Positions 1 to 13,098 of a stretch of DNA of 64,000 bases are shown one piece after another. The notes under the pieces were generated by a model. The model worked only from the letters and a program-made list of their open reading frames with translations, did no database searches and was not told the origin of the DNA. Both the position numbers and the translations under genes were made by a program. The stretch is from Octopus sinensis. Taxonomy: Eukaryota. The DNA lies in the NCBI RefSeq assembly GCF_006345805.1, contig NC_043004.1:48546001-48610000 (forward strand), given 5' to 3'. Within the stretch, counting starts at the first letter, position 1; every line of letters starts with the position of its first letter.

Positions 1-142
1 AATGTATGTATGTATATATGGATAGATAGATAGATAGATAGATAGATATTCATATGTAAATATATTTACACAGATAATATATATGCATCTATATATAATG
101 CTTTCCTAAATAAAAGTGCACTTCATTTTTGTAACTCTGAAG

Positions 143-203
143 CAATAGAGTGATGCACAATCATTCAACTATGAGTGTATTGCATCTTATAGCAGAAACG
201 GCT
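143..203 (+). CDS. Candidate internal coding exon (NRVMHNHSTMSVLHLIAETA), unidentified gene
   Basis: ttcatttttgtaactctgaag acceptor, GCT|gtaagc donor, one open frame; no homology recognised. Confidence 0.25.
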
Positions 204-668
204 GTAAGCTAATGAAGTTCATAATATAATTTCTTATTCTGTTATCATTTTAATTTCTTATTACTGCTCTGTACTTGATTGATGCTTTGTTCTGAAACAT
301 ACGTATATCAAGTTCTAACACTATTTGTAATTGTATAATATATACACAATGTATAATATACACACACACGGATCTATGAAATTTACTTGTGTGTGTGTAT
401 ATATATACATATATATATATATATCATCCTCTTCATTTAACATCCATTGTCCTTTAAAATGATGATGATGATCATATATATATTTATAGGAATAAACCCA
501 AAATCAAATGCTTATATTTTTAATGCATTTAGTACATACATTTCAATTAGTTATTTAATGGTTATCATACATAACTACTCAAAATGTGCATATTAAATGC
601 ATTCAAAATATGAGCATTTGGTTTTGTGATTACCTCAGTATTACACAATTCATTAATCTTTCTAACAG

Positions 669-692
669 TCTAGCCCGTCATTACTTGAGTAA
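669..692 (+). CDS. Candidate terminal coding exon (SSPSLLE*) in phase with 143-203
   Basis: ctttctaacag acceptor; phase-0 join gives SSPSLLE then TAA; very short, unverified. Confidence 0.18.
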   Translation, partial: SSPSLLE

Positions 693-1151
693 TTCAGTTA
701 CAGTGGAAAATTAAACCAGACATTCAGCTGAAATCTTTTGGCAAATTTTTTTGTCGCAAAGTATACAACTTAATATACACACTGTCATAATCACTGTATT
801 AATGTCTAATTTTTCATAATTGTATGGGTCAGAGAAAATTTACTGATGCAGAATCTCTATGTCTGGATGCTCTTCCTATTACCAACAAACTTGTTTCTAT
901 GCACAGTAACATTTTCCCAGTAGTCCATATTTGTTTTTGCAGAAAATTGCAAACAAACATCACCACTTATACAGCAGTGAATCTCATTTGCAATTTACAG
1001 TATTGTAAATTTTGTTTCATAACCACCAATTCATATTACTAAGCAGTTTCATGTTGAAGAGCCTTCCAAGTGTAGAATGATATATTAACAATCATCGGAC
1101 AAAGCATTCGTTGTGAAAACGAAATTCCAGAGTAGCAAAAGACTGACTCAG

Positions 1152-1533
1152 TATATTGCTTCCCGACCACTTGATTCCAGATACAGTCCCACTGTGTGAC
1201 ACCTTGAGCAAGTGTCTTTTATATAGCCTCGGGCCAACCAAAGCCTTGTTAGTGGATTTGGTAAATGGAAACTGAAAGAAGCCTGTTGTGTATGCATATA
1301 TATATGTATATGTGTGTCTTTGTGTCTGTGTTTGTCCCACACCACTGCTTGACAACCAGTGTTAGTGTGTGCTTACATCCCCTTAACTTAGTGTTTCAGT
1401 AAAAAGAGACCGATAGAATAAGTACTAGGCTTCAAAAAAAAAAAAAGTACTAGGGCTAAGTTGCTAGACTAAAACCCTTCAAGGCAGCGCCCCAGGATGG
1501 CCACAGTCAAATGACTGAAACAGGTAAAGATGG
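1152..1533 (+). mobile_element. tRNA-derived SINE, family A (diverged copy)
   Basis: Matches 13099-13492 copy: cagtcccactg...ccaaagccttg...gtggatttggta...gactgaaaca. Confidence 0.8.
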
Positions 1534-1844
1534 AAGATATATATATGATGGTTGCCCCCTCGTTATCGAGTATGGCCGTTGCACGAAGCTTAACTGTTAT
1601 TGGTGCTGTGATCGAATGTGACTTTTTAGCCCAGCTAAAGATCTACAATGTCTTGTACAGAATTGGCAGCTAAAACCTTTACCGGTAATAGCTGGCTGTA
1701 GTTGTAACTGGGCTTCACGTATGTATATATATATATATATATATATACATACATACAATTTGACAGGAGCTGGCAAGCCAGAAGACTGCTCCAAGCTCAA
1801 CAGCCTGCTTTGGTATGGTTTCTATGGCTGGATGCCCTTCCAAT

Positions 1845-2075
1845 TACCTATTTCTTTACTACCCACAAGGGGCTAAACACAGAGGACAAACAAGGACAGA
1901 CACACGGATTAAGTTGATTATATCGACCCCAGTGCGTAACTGGTACTTATTTAATCAACCCCGAAAGGGTGAATGGCAAAGTCGACCTTGGCGGAATTTG
2001 AACTCAGAATGTAGCGGCAGATGAAATATCGCTAAGCATTTCGCCCGGCATGCTAACGATTCTGCTGGCTTGCTG
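1845..2075 (-). mobile_element. tRNA-derived SINE, family B
   Basis: Reverse complement of 33537-33757 consensus (gagttcaaattccgcc...gtcgactttgcc...cccttgtgggtagtaaagaaat). Confidence 0.85.
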
Positions 2076-2528
2076 CCTTTGCCCTTCCTAATACCAACCA
2101 TTTTACAGAGTGTACTGGGTACTTTTTTTACATGGTACCAACTCTCTCTATATATCTCTCTCATACACATACACACCACATACCGCCAGTTTTTCTGACA
2201 TAGACCATGTAAAACTCTCTTTAGTTTCACACCTGTCAACTTTTCCCTGAAGAAGAACTCCATCTTAAACAGATTTTCCACTCCCCATAGCAAGTTCACT
2301 ATATTCATGCTATTGATTTTACTACAGAATTCAAATCTTACTGATGTAGTGTATTTATATTTAGTTAAGTGACCAATGGTTTTGCATCCATAAAGCCTAT
2401 GGACAACTCATCAGGTTGAAGAGGCATATGCCATCTGCCATTAGAGTCTGGCAAGTCATTCCTCAAGTAAGTGCCTTTATGGATGTGAAACCAGTGGTCA
2501 TTCTATGACCAGACATATACTTAACTGC

Positions 2529-2574
<46 letters not shown>

Positions 2575-3049
2575 ATAATTAGATATAGCCATATACATAT
2601 GTACATAAGTGTATATAGATATATGCATACATGCACAAACACACACATATATACATGCATGCACAAGCACATACATATATATATATATTCTGACTTTTAC
2701 TTGTTTTAGTCACCTGGCTGCAGCCATCCCAGGGTACTGCCTTGAAGCATTTAGAACAAATTGACCATACTGGTTCTTATTCTATCAGTCTCTTTTGCCA
2801 AACTGCTAAGTTATGGAAATGTAGACAAACTAATACCAGTTTTCAAGCTGCATTTGGGGACAAACACATGAACAAACTTTTTAAAAACAGTTCGAATATA
2901 TTCTTGTGACATATTTGACTTAGCATGCATAATATATAATACATATGAAGAAATATCTAGATATGACAAAAGATCAGATAAAACACATGATAAAGCTATA
3001 ACAGCTAAGAGACAGGTTTGGAAAATCTGAAAAGAAGATTGAAGCATAG

Positions 3050-4740
3050 GGCACTATAAATTATCTAGAAGGGAAGCTAGGTATCAAGTATACTCAGCCA
3101 ACTCGGAAACAGAAAGGAAGAGATTTACACATGTTTTACAGTATGAGAAACAGGGATGTGAGATGTTCTAGATTATAAGAGAGCATGCCAGAAAAAACCA
3201 GGATGTCACTGAGGAGAAGTATATCCAGAATGATTGAAGCATAGTGCTTCAATAGCCTTTGTGCTGCTGATGCAAAAAAATGAACAACTATTAAGAGAAG
3301 TTATTGAATGAACAGAGACAAGGGTCTGCCTCATGATGACCCAATAGAGGAACTAGAAATTCAAGTTAGCTGCAGGATGGTAGATAGATTGATTAAATAT
3401 ATGAATATAAGTAAAGTTACAGGCTTACTGGGGATAGGTTTTGAGACTAAATATCTGGTGAAGTACCCGAATGTGGTATGATAGTAAACTGCTACAAGGG
3501 CAAAGGAGATGCATTAGAGAGAGGAAATTACAGAGGTATCAAGTTGTTGAAAACAGATTATGAAGGTTTTAGAAAAAGCCATGGAATAATTGATCAGGAA
3601 CAAATTTAGACTAGTTGAGATGTTGTGTAGCTTTATGCTTCAAAGAGTTACTACTGTGCCATCATCCTAATGAGACAACTGCAGGAAAAATATTTAGCTA
3701 AGAGTAAGCAGCTATATGTAGTATTCATTGACTTAGAGAAGGCCATTGATAAGGTATCGAACTCAGTAATCAGATGATCTTTAAGGAAACAAGGTGTAGA
3801 TAAATGACTTGTGAATGACTTGTACAAGCTATGTAAAAAGTTACAGTCAGTCAAGTGAGAGTCAGTGATGACTTTAGCATGAAAGTAGAGATTCAACAAG
3901 GTGTAATCCTCAGCCAACTGCTTTTCATTATAATCTTACAGGCCATCACAAAGGAGTTCAAGACCAGCTGTCTATATGAACTATGTGTTGATGATCTACC
4001 ACTTGTAGCTGAATCTATAGTAGAAAAATTAGAGAAACAATTACAGACATGAAAGCTAAAATTAGAATCAATAGTCCTCAAAATAAACTTAGCAAAGACT
4101 AAGGTATTAGAAGGAAAGAAGACATGATCTCAATTCTACCAGGTAAATGGTTTTGCCTGATTTGCAGAAACGTAGTAGCTTACACTAAGCACAGGGTAAG
4201 CTATGGATGTAGAAGAAATGTAGTGGATTAATAAGCAGGCTTTGTATGTGGCAGATGCATTGGAGTAATAATCAAGAACACACTTTAAACAGATTCTCTA
4301 AATGTTCAGCTTGTAGTTTTATAGCTTCTGTTACCTAAGTGGCATAATTAACAGAGGAGGTAGTTATTCCTGAAGTTTAATAATTAGAGTAAGAAGAGGT
4401 TAGCAAAAGTTGAGGAGCAGATTGAATGCCTCTTATGTTCAAACTGATATGCTGCATGGTAGTGACACTTATGCCTTGAATGCAGGACACTTGCAAAGGC
4501 AAGAAAGAAATGGATGTGCAGTGTTGATGTGCATGCACGCTAGAGTACAAAGAGCTGAGGGTAAAACAACTGAGTATTAGGAGAATCAAGTGTAGTGTGC
4601 AAAAGAGAAGGCTGCATTGGTGTAGGCATGTGATGCTTATAGAGAATGATTACTGCATGAGGAAGTGTCATGCATCCAAAATTAGTAGAATCCATGAAAC
4701 GGGGAGAGTGAGGAAGATTTGGGAAGAAATAGTGAAGCTG
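3050..4740 (+). mobile_element. Degenerate RTE-clade LINE ORF2 (RT and C-terminal region)
   Basis: Frameshifted motifs: NYRGIKLL, RQLQEKYLAK, DLEKAxD, QQGVILSQLLF, LCVDDL, RLHWCRHVMLI; homologous to 22697-24120. Confidence 0.85.
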
Positions 4741-5426
4741 ACACATTCTTACATGTGTCAGATGTCATTTGTTGGGACAAATTTTCTAAAGCCAGATGTA
4801 CTTGTCTCTAATCCTCACCTGTTTCCAATCAAGGTAATATTTCCACATGTTCAGACATGTCTACACTGAAGGTTGGAAACAATGGGCACTGCTTGTGTGA
4901 CAGTGACACTCATTTACAGCCATCACATGGCATCAAGACAAGAAGACACTAATGCACTCATGCAAACACACATGCATGCACACACACACACACAATATAT
5001 ACAAATATATGTATGTATGTTTCCAGTAGTTATCTTGGACTTCCTGCACCCGCTCCATTTTGCTGCCTGAGCCCAACAAGCTAGGTTTCTGTACGATGCC
5101 TATGTAATAATACACACGCGCACACATGTATATATGTGCTGGTGATACATAAAAAGCATCCAGCACACTCTGTTAAGGGGTTGATGTTAGGAAGGGCATC
5201 CAGCCATAGAAATCATGCTACAACAGACAATTGGAGTCTGAACAACTCCATGCCACACAGCCATGCCAGTGCCCTTATTTGTACCCATGCTGGAATTTGT
5301 ACTGCCAACCATTATTCACCTTCCTCTAGACCAGTGGACCCCTTTGGTTCCTCTCTAACCTGAATGAGGGGGAATTTACATAGTCATTCAATGTCTAAAA
5401 ACTCCTCTTGTATTTTTTATGGTTAA

Positions 5427-5646
5427 CCCTTTAGCATTTAAGCTAATTATATCTGACCAAAATAATCTACCTGTATTATCTTTAGACTGGTTAAATCTGG
5501 CATTTCACACCTACCCTACAATGTCATTCCGAAAATAAACAACCATGTCATTGACATCTCAAAGCTATGAAGTAATGCAGGACTAATTCATATCAATGTG
5601 ACTAAATAAGCATTACATTTGATAGAGCAATATGAATACTAAAGGG
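5427..5646. mobile_element. piggyBac-type MITE
   Basis: TTAA at 5423-5426 and 5647-5650; TIR CCCTTTAGCATT / AATACTAAAGGG (1 mismatch); second copy at 53417-53632. Confidence 0.8.
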
Positions 5647-5699
5647 TTAAATATTAGCAACTACATTGTTAAAATATTTTATATATTGTAGAGCGAGGT

Positions 5700-5952
5700 T
5701 GTTTATGGAGGACCAGCAGTCACCCATGCATACCGGTTTCCTCTCTCCACACCACTGATGTTACCCAAGGGAAAGGCAAAGGAGCCGACACAGCTTGGCT
5801 CTAGTGATGTCATAACTCATTTCTACAGCTGAATGAACAGGAGCAATGAGACATAAAGTGCCTTGCTCAAGAATACACACAGCCCGGTCTGGGAATTGAA
5901 CCCACTATCTCATAATTGTGAACCCGACGTCCCAACCACTGAGACATGCGCC
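5700..5952 (-). mobile_element. tRNA-derived SINE, family D
   Basis: Minus strand ggcgcatgtctcagtggttggg...gggttcaattcccagacc A/B-box head, then cttgagcaaggcacttt body; related to 13793-14010. Confidence 0.65.
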
Positions 5953-6009
5953 TTTGTTGTATATATAACCAGTTTATTGCAAATGAATTTTAACAACAAA
6001 ATCTTATGC

Positions 6010-6173
6010 GCCCCCTCCTCTCCAAGGGCCATATAGACCTAACTTAAGAACCACTTCTATTTGTCACCCCCTCCCCTCCCCCAAGGGCCATATAGACCTA
6101 ACTTGAGAACCACTTCTATTTGTCACCCCCTCCCCTCCCCCAAGGGCCATATAGACCCAACTTGAGAACCACT
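6010..6173. repeat. 59-bp minisatellite, ~2.8 copies
   Basis: ccaagggccatatagacc recurs at 6022, 6081, 6140. Confidence 0.9.
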
Positions 6174-6977
6174 TGTTTTGCTTTGTTCACATCTGCTATT
6201 ACCCATCACTCTTCTCCTGTTTATAATAACTCCTTCTCTACCACCCTACTCTTGCTTCTTTCACCCACCCATTCTGGCTTTCTACCACTCCACTCCTCAA
6301 TTACATTACCTAAGCAAAACTACACATCTTAGGTTACTGAGTACTGGACACTTATAGTATGTATGGTATTCCCTCCACATATGCTGATGCCATGAGGGAA
6401 AACCTCCCACATACACCAACACACAAACACCACAGTCAAAACCCCTTGCACACCCTCTGGAATGATTGGTGAGCAAACAGAAGTAGTGTTGAGATGTTCT
6501 CTTGTCCAGTTTCACTAAGGACTATGCATCCTCTCTAGGGCTAGTCACAAAAAATAACCCAGTACACTCTCTAAGATGAGAGTGATGAGTAATTGAGTAG
6601 AGAAAGCTAGGGCTTGTATGTTCCTTTTAGTCCTAACTTGCCTTGGAAATATCAGCCTCTTTACTCTGAAAGTTGTTGGTGATAGGAAGGGCATCTGGTA
6701 ACAGAAACCAGACCAAAATGACATGCACAAGCAGCAGTTTATAATAACAGTGAGTCCCAACAAGAAGGGACTCACATTGTGATGACCCATGTCCACCAAG
6801 GAAAACGCACATATTAAATGATAATGATATGTATGTGTGCGAGTTTGCACACACACATGTATAATGTTATGTATATATGTGTATGTAACTGTATGGTAGG
6901 AAGCTTACTTCCCAACCACATGCTTTCAGATTCAGTCATACAGTGTGGCACCTTGAACAAGTGTCTTCTACTATAGA

Positions 6978-7146
6978 CCATATATATATATATATAATAT
7001 ATATATAATATACATATATGTATATAAATATGTATATACATATATGTATATAAATATGTATATATATATATATATATGTATATATATGTATATATATGTA
7101 TATATGTATATATATGTATATAAATATGTATATATGTATATATATG

Positions 7147-7200
<54 letters not shown>

Positions 7201-7230
7201 TATATACACATACATACATATATATATATA
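6978..7230. repeat. (TA)n/(TATG)n microsatellite
   Basis: Direct inspection; source of YI-repeat ORFs. Confidence 0.95.
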
Positions 7231-7380
7231 TTTGTTTTAAATATTTTAATTAATTGTATCTTATTTTTTATTCTATTTTTATATTTAAACAAGAATATAT
7301 TTAAGGTATTTTGTATTTTACAAGATTATATACATATATTTATTAATTTATCTTATAAATTATTTTATTGTTTTTATCTT

Positions 7381-7484
7381 TAACCTGAAGAGTGGCTATA
7401 TTTATATTGAAATGTTTTTACTACTACTACTATTATTATTACTATTATCATTTCTTAAATATAGCCACGAAACACATGTCGTTA
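7381..7484 (+). ncRNA. Type I hammerhead ribozyme motif with long stem II
   Basis: Stem I TAAC/GTTA; core CTGAAGA 7385-7391; 13-bp stem II GTGGCTATATTTA/TAAATATAGCCAC; GAAA 7469-7472; stem III ACA-ca-TGT; GUC site at 7478-7480. Confidence 0.75.
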
Positions 7485-7829
7485 TTCTACCAAATATATA
7501 CATTTTATTTATTATTTTGCACATTATTTAAACATTGTTATATGTTTTATCTTATATTTAATCTTTCTATATGTAATATTTCTAAATGGTATAATTTAAT
7601 TTTTCATTATTGAATTGATAAAAGGTGAATTTTTTCTAATTTATATATATATATATTATCTTTTGTGAAATTTGATTTAGTATTTCTAAATAGAATTTTT
7701 CCCTGTAAGTTTGGAATAATATTCCGTCATATTATTATTATATATATATACATATATATATATGTGTATATATATATATATATTATATATATATATATAT
7801 TATATATATATATATACATATACATCGGC

Positions 7830-9395
7830 CACATTCGGATGGTGGTTTTTACGTACTACCAGCACAGGTATCTCAACTACAATTTCCATTTGATTTTTAT
7901 TTTGATGTTGATGTACTTAACTCAATAGGTCTCCTCAAGTACAGCAGGTCACCCTATGATCCAAGGTAAGCATAGCAGGCCGTCCTGCAATCCAAGGTAT
8001 TTTGGATGGGCTGGGGCTGCTATGTGAAGCTGGTGCAGGAAACAGCCATGAACTCACATTATTTGTTGGGTCTTCGCAGTCACAGAATATCTTCTGAGGT
8101 TTCAGTCTTTCATCATTGCCTCTGTGAGACCCAACGTTCAGAGGTCGTGCTTGACCACCTCATCCCATGTCTTCCTGGATCTACCTCTACCCCAGATTCC
8201 TTCAACTGTTTGGGAGTGGCACTTCTTCACACATCTCTCCTCACCCATTCGTAGTACATGACCATACCAGCGCAAACGTCTCTCTTGCATGCCACATCCG
8301 ATGCTGCTTATGTCCAGCATTACTCTCAGGGCGCTTACACTCTGTCGTGTGTGCACACTAACATTATACATCCAGCAGATCATGCTAGCTTCATTTCTTT
8401 CAAGCCTACACACGTCCTCTGCAGTCACAGCCCATGTTTCACTGCCGTGAAGCATGGCAGTTCGCACACATGCATCGTACAATCTACCTTTTACTCAGAG
8501 CGAGAGACCCTTTGTCACCAGTAGCGGTAGAAGCTTTCTAAACTTTGCCCAGGCTATTCATATTCTAGTGGTGACACTCTCTGAGCATCCACCTCCACTA
8601 CTAACTTGGTCACCTAGGTAGCAGAAACTATCAACTACTTCTAGTTTCTCCCCCTGGAGTGTGATGGAATCTGTTTTCTGAGTATCTGTGTATCTGCCGC
8701 ACATGAAAGCTATCTTCTCGATTAATTTTCCTTTGATGTTGCTGCACCTTATGCATCCATAACTTACACTGGGTACATCTCATGGAGTTTCTACCTGCAC
8801 CTTTTCTATAGATCGAGCAGGGCCACCTACCTGAGGGTGTGTGTGATGAGTTCGCCTTCCTACTGACTATAACTTTGGTCTTTGCTTCATTGACCCTAAG
8901 GCCTTTTGATTCTACACCTAGCTTCCACATCCAAAATTTCTTCTCTAGTTCCAGTAGTGATTTTGCCATGAGGGCCAGATCATCAGCATAGAGGAGCTCC
9001 CAGGGGCAACCCATCTTGAATTCCTCTGTTATTGCCTGGAGGACTATGATGAATAAAAGGGGACTGAGGGCTGAACCTTGGTGGACCCCTACTTCTACAC
9101 GGAATTCTTCACTATACTCGTTGCCAATCCTAACCTTACTAACGGCCTCTCTCTATAGGGCCTGTACATCCCTTATTAACCATTTGTCAATCTCCAGTTT
9201 CCTCATTGCCCACCAGATAAGGGATCGGGAGACCCTGTCAAAGGCTTTCTCCAAGTCCACGAAAGCTAAGTATCTTCTGCAGTTGTCGAAGCAGGAATAT
9301 GGCATCAGTGGTGCTTCTACCCAGAACAAAACCGAACTGCATCTCATCTAAGCATACTCTCTCTCTAATGAGATGGGCTATGACCGTCTCCGTGA
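7830..9395 (-). mobile_element. RTE-clade LINE, 5'-truncated with internal deletions, including 3'UTR
   Basis: RERVCLDEMQFGF, RSTTDAIFLLRQLQ, DLEKAFDRV, GCPWELLYADDL, LHGSETWAV, RRLRWYGHVLRM. Confidence 0.9.
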
Positions 9396-9489
9396 CCATA
9401 TATATATATGTATATATGTGTGTATATATATATATATGTGTGTGTGTGTATATATACATATACATATATATATGTATATATATATATGA

Positions 9490-10850
9490 ATTTAAGAACG
9501 CTAAGTAATACGTTTTTAGTTTTTAAATATATTCGAAAAGATAAGTATATAGTTTATTTAAGAAATAATGGTGTAATTTATATGATTATTGATAGAATAA
9601 ATATTGATTTCTAATTTTTTTATTTGTTAATTATAATTGCAATATGTACATTTATTTAATTATTATTATTTTTATAATTATTATATGTGAACTATGATCT
9701 AAAAGCATTGAGTGTGGTTGCTTTGTGAAATAGTTTGTAATGTAAAATATAATAGTATAGGTAGTGAAAAGTTTTTATTTTTTGTACTATTGAATTTAAT
9801 TATAATAATAAGTACTTTCGTTATTCCCTTAATAAGTGAAATATTAGATCTAGACATATAAACGCTAAGTTATACATTTTTTAATTTAAATTATTTTTTA
9901 GTTCATAAATATCTTTGAAAAAATAAGTATACATTTTATTTAAGAAATAATGTTGAAATTTATATGATAATTGATTAAAAAATATGTATTTCTAATTTTT
10001 TATTTGTTAATTATAATGTAAGATATTTACTTTTATTTAATTATTCATATTATAATATATTCTTGAAATATATACTAAATACTATTACAGGGTTGTGTCT
10101 GCCAAGTTGTTGATATAAGATATATTATAAGTTTTGTATAGAGTTTAGTACATAGTTTGTATCAGATCAAATAAGATGTTTATTTAATTAATAAATTAAT
10201 ATATAATTTATTTAATTAATAAACATAGATTAAATTACAGTAATTTAGCTTAACTTAAGTATATGATTTATTTTAAGTATTTTTATTTTAATTAATTGGA
10301 CTGTTATATTTTTCCAGTAAAGATATACTATGGTTTGTTTAAATAATTCTCAAAGCTAAAATATATCTTCACAGATAAAATATATATTTCTATCTATTTA
10401 CTCTATTTTTTTTACCTTAGGTTTTTAACGTGATAAATGTATTATAAACACCTCGTCCTACATTTTAAGTTTCAAATTTAGTTAACAGAGTTTCTTCTAT
10501 AAGAAGAATCATGTTTTTATTTCTTTAAGAAATATTGTTTAATTCTGTTTATGTATTAAAAATATGTATTTATTTAACTATAATTGTTGTTATTGTTGAC
10601 CTGAGGAGTGACTATACTTTCTAATTGAAGTCTTTTTGGTTTGATTAAATTTAAATTTAATTGTAATTTGAATTGAACTTATAGCCACGAAACATACATA
10701 GTCTTTTTCCTTATATACTGTTTATTTATTATGTACTTTTTGTGATCTAGATAAATGTTTTATCATATATTTTTTCTATATGATATGTTTTATGTCTGTC
10801 ATTGTTTGAATTACATAATAGTGGTTTTTCTCTAATTTATATATATCATA
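9490..10850 (+). mobile_element. Very AT-rich hammerhead-bearing element (Penelope-like/retrozyme-like, decayed); 3' part homologous to 7230-7720
   Basis: Shares acctga(a/g)gagtg(g/a)ctata and atagccacgaaaca with 7380-7475; internal diverged duplication 9497-9690 vs 9861-10060; flanked by TA tracts. Confidence 0.5.
10597..10704 (+). ncRNA. Degenerate type I hammerhead motif, paralog of 7381-7484
   Basis: GAC/GTC stem I; core CTGAGGA 10601-10607; stem II GTGACTATA/TATAGCCAC (1 mismatch); GAAA 10689-10692; stem III damaged. Confidence 0.55.
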
Positions 10851-11388
10851 TGAACATATATATATATATTTATACATATGTATATATATTCATATGTATG
10901 TATATATATGTATATTAACTACGTATGTATATACAGATGTGTGTGTATGTATATATATATATATATTAGAAATATTGAATTTCTAAATGTCTCAGAGAGA
11001 CATGAGCAGTGGTGGAGTGATATAGTGGTCGTATACAGTCAACTCAATGTGACAGTCCCGTAAGGGAATTACACCACCGCCATTTAGCCCTAGGAAACAT
11101 TGATGTTTCCTGTCGGCTTTGACACATTTTCTGTGTCCTTATATATTGCAATATTTTCACCAATTTCAATATCATGATTAGTGAAACACAAACTGGTCGA
11201 CTATCATAATATTCCAAATTGTGTGCATTTTCCTTCTTTTATTATATATTTTTTCATTATAACTCACCATAAGGGAAAACTCACTTCAACATAATTTTTT
11301 ATTACTTTATATATATATATAACATATGGTATAATTATAAACAGGGCAAAATTTAGCCATTTCTCTACAGACTGAAAAATTATGAACA

Positions 11389-11431
11389 ACCTTAATCGAT
11401 TTTCAAACCTTATTGGGTTCTCATCAGAAGT
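11389..11431 (-). ncRNA. Minimal type I hammerhead motif
   Basis: Minus strand ACTT-CTGATGA-GAACC-caataa-GGTTT-GAA-AATCGATT-A-AGGT; palindromic stem III; UUA site. Confidence 0.6.
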
Positions 11432-13098
11432 GTCTACATCATTCTGACAATCTCCAGAGAAACAAGCAGTCAAACTTTTTATATACTCAACAAATGCAGC
11501 AGTTACTCTTTGAAGGAGTTCATAATTTGCATACACGTATGATACACATATGCATATATATGTGTGTGTATGCATGTATATGCAGGCCTGGCTGTATACT
11601 TAAGTAGTTCACTTTGCAAACCTGTAGCCTTGGATCCAGTTTGAATGCACTGAGTCGTGAGCAAGTGTCTTTTACTACATAGCGCCGTGCCAGAACAAAC
11701 TGAGAGAAGGTCTTCAGTTATGTGTATACTCTTTCCTTCTATATTCTTAACAGTAATACCAATGAAACGAACCAGATGCATTTGTATGAAAGGGCCTTTA
11801 GGGTCATACAATCTGCAGTGGCTAGCTTCCTGAAACACATGACTTTATATCATTATATAAAGTATAAATATTGATTACACTTTGAGGTGTGTGTGTGTGT
11901 GTGCAAGTGTATATGTAAGTATATTCATGCATCTTTATGTTTATCATATGATATAATAAACATTTTTTTACTATTCTGCAAATATTAAGTTTTATAATAT
12001 TTGATGTATGCAAATATTTACTCTGCTGGGTGGTTGGAGTTTGGAAGGGCATCCAGCTGTAAAAACTGTACCAAAATAGACACAGAAGTCTGGTCAGCTC
12101 CTATCAAACCATCCAACTGTTGCCAGCATGGAAGGTAAAATGGCAATTGAAGGTGTCATCATCATCATCTTTGTTTTACAGCCACTTTCTATGCTGGTGT
12201 AGGTTGTCATTGTCAGTATTAGCACATATTTAAGGAACTGGTCACCGTGGCATGTTTGGAGAACTACAATTCTATTTTGGTTTCTATGACTGTATGCCCT
12301 TCTTAACACCAGCTAATTTACAAAATACAACCAGCACCACTTTTGGTGCACCAGCACTTGAGAGGCGTCATATCCTTGATATGGCTTAGTGGATAGAGTA
12401 TTTGTCCCACAATCATCAGGTTGTAAGTTTGATTCCCGAGTAAGACACTTAATTTCATGTTGCTCCAGTTCACTCGGGTGACACTTTATTTTGCATTGCT
12501 CCAGTCCATTCAGTAATAAAAATAATCAGTGGTTTGAATAAGTGTGTATAGTGAAGACAATGTAACCAAGAAGACAGAGCAAACATAACGTGGGAGGCAA
12601 TATGATGACAGAGATGTGAAGTATACACAAGAAAAGGGCAAGTGTACAACAATAGATATAGTGAGATGGGATAATGGCAGTACAGGAAGGAAAGGCGAAG
12701 GTAGAGTGAACAGGGCTTAGCTGATTCAGTGAGGTCTCTTGTACAGACTTTGAAATGGGCTTGAGTGATGGTAGGGGAAATAGAAAGTAGGGATGTCTTG
12801 TACCAATGAATGATATAAATGATAGAGGTGGGTGGTAAAAATAAGGGGATAAGGGTAACAGGAAAGCAACAGGTAGAGGTTAGAGGGTATCAAAGTGTTG
12901 GAGAGGTAGCAATGCAAATGTGTGTATGTGTATATATATATATATATTATTTCAAAGAGCATCAAGTTCAAAAAGGAGCTGTGTCCTGCCACTTAAAATA
13001 AGTGAATGAAAATATTTAATCCATAACCATTAGTCTGACAAAATATATTCTATTTTGCCTATAGCTCATTAGCAAAATAAAATATTTTGTCAAATGTC

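Noticed and set aside
6814-7383. YI/HT/MYVC-repeat ORFs here and at 13411-13880, 21922-22329, 34189-34484, 47439-47982, 59747-60323
   Set aside because: Translations of (TA)n, (CA)n and (TATG)n microsatellites; no coding signal.
9490-10850. Possible NUMT (mitochondrial rRNA or control region)
   Set aside because: No conserved 12S/16S motifs, tRNA cloverleaf or open frame under the invertebrate mitochondrial code found; hammerhead homology with 7381 explains it better.
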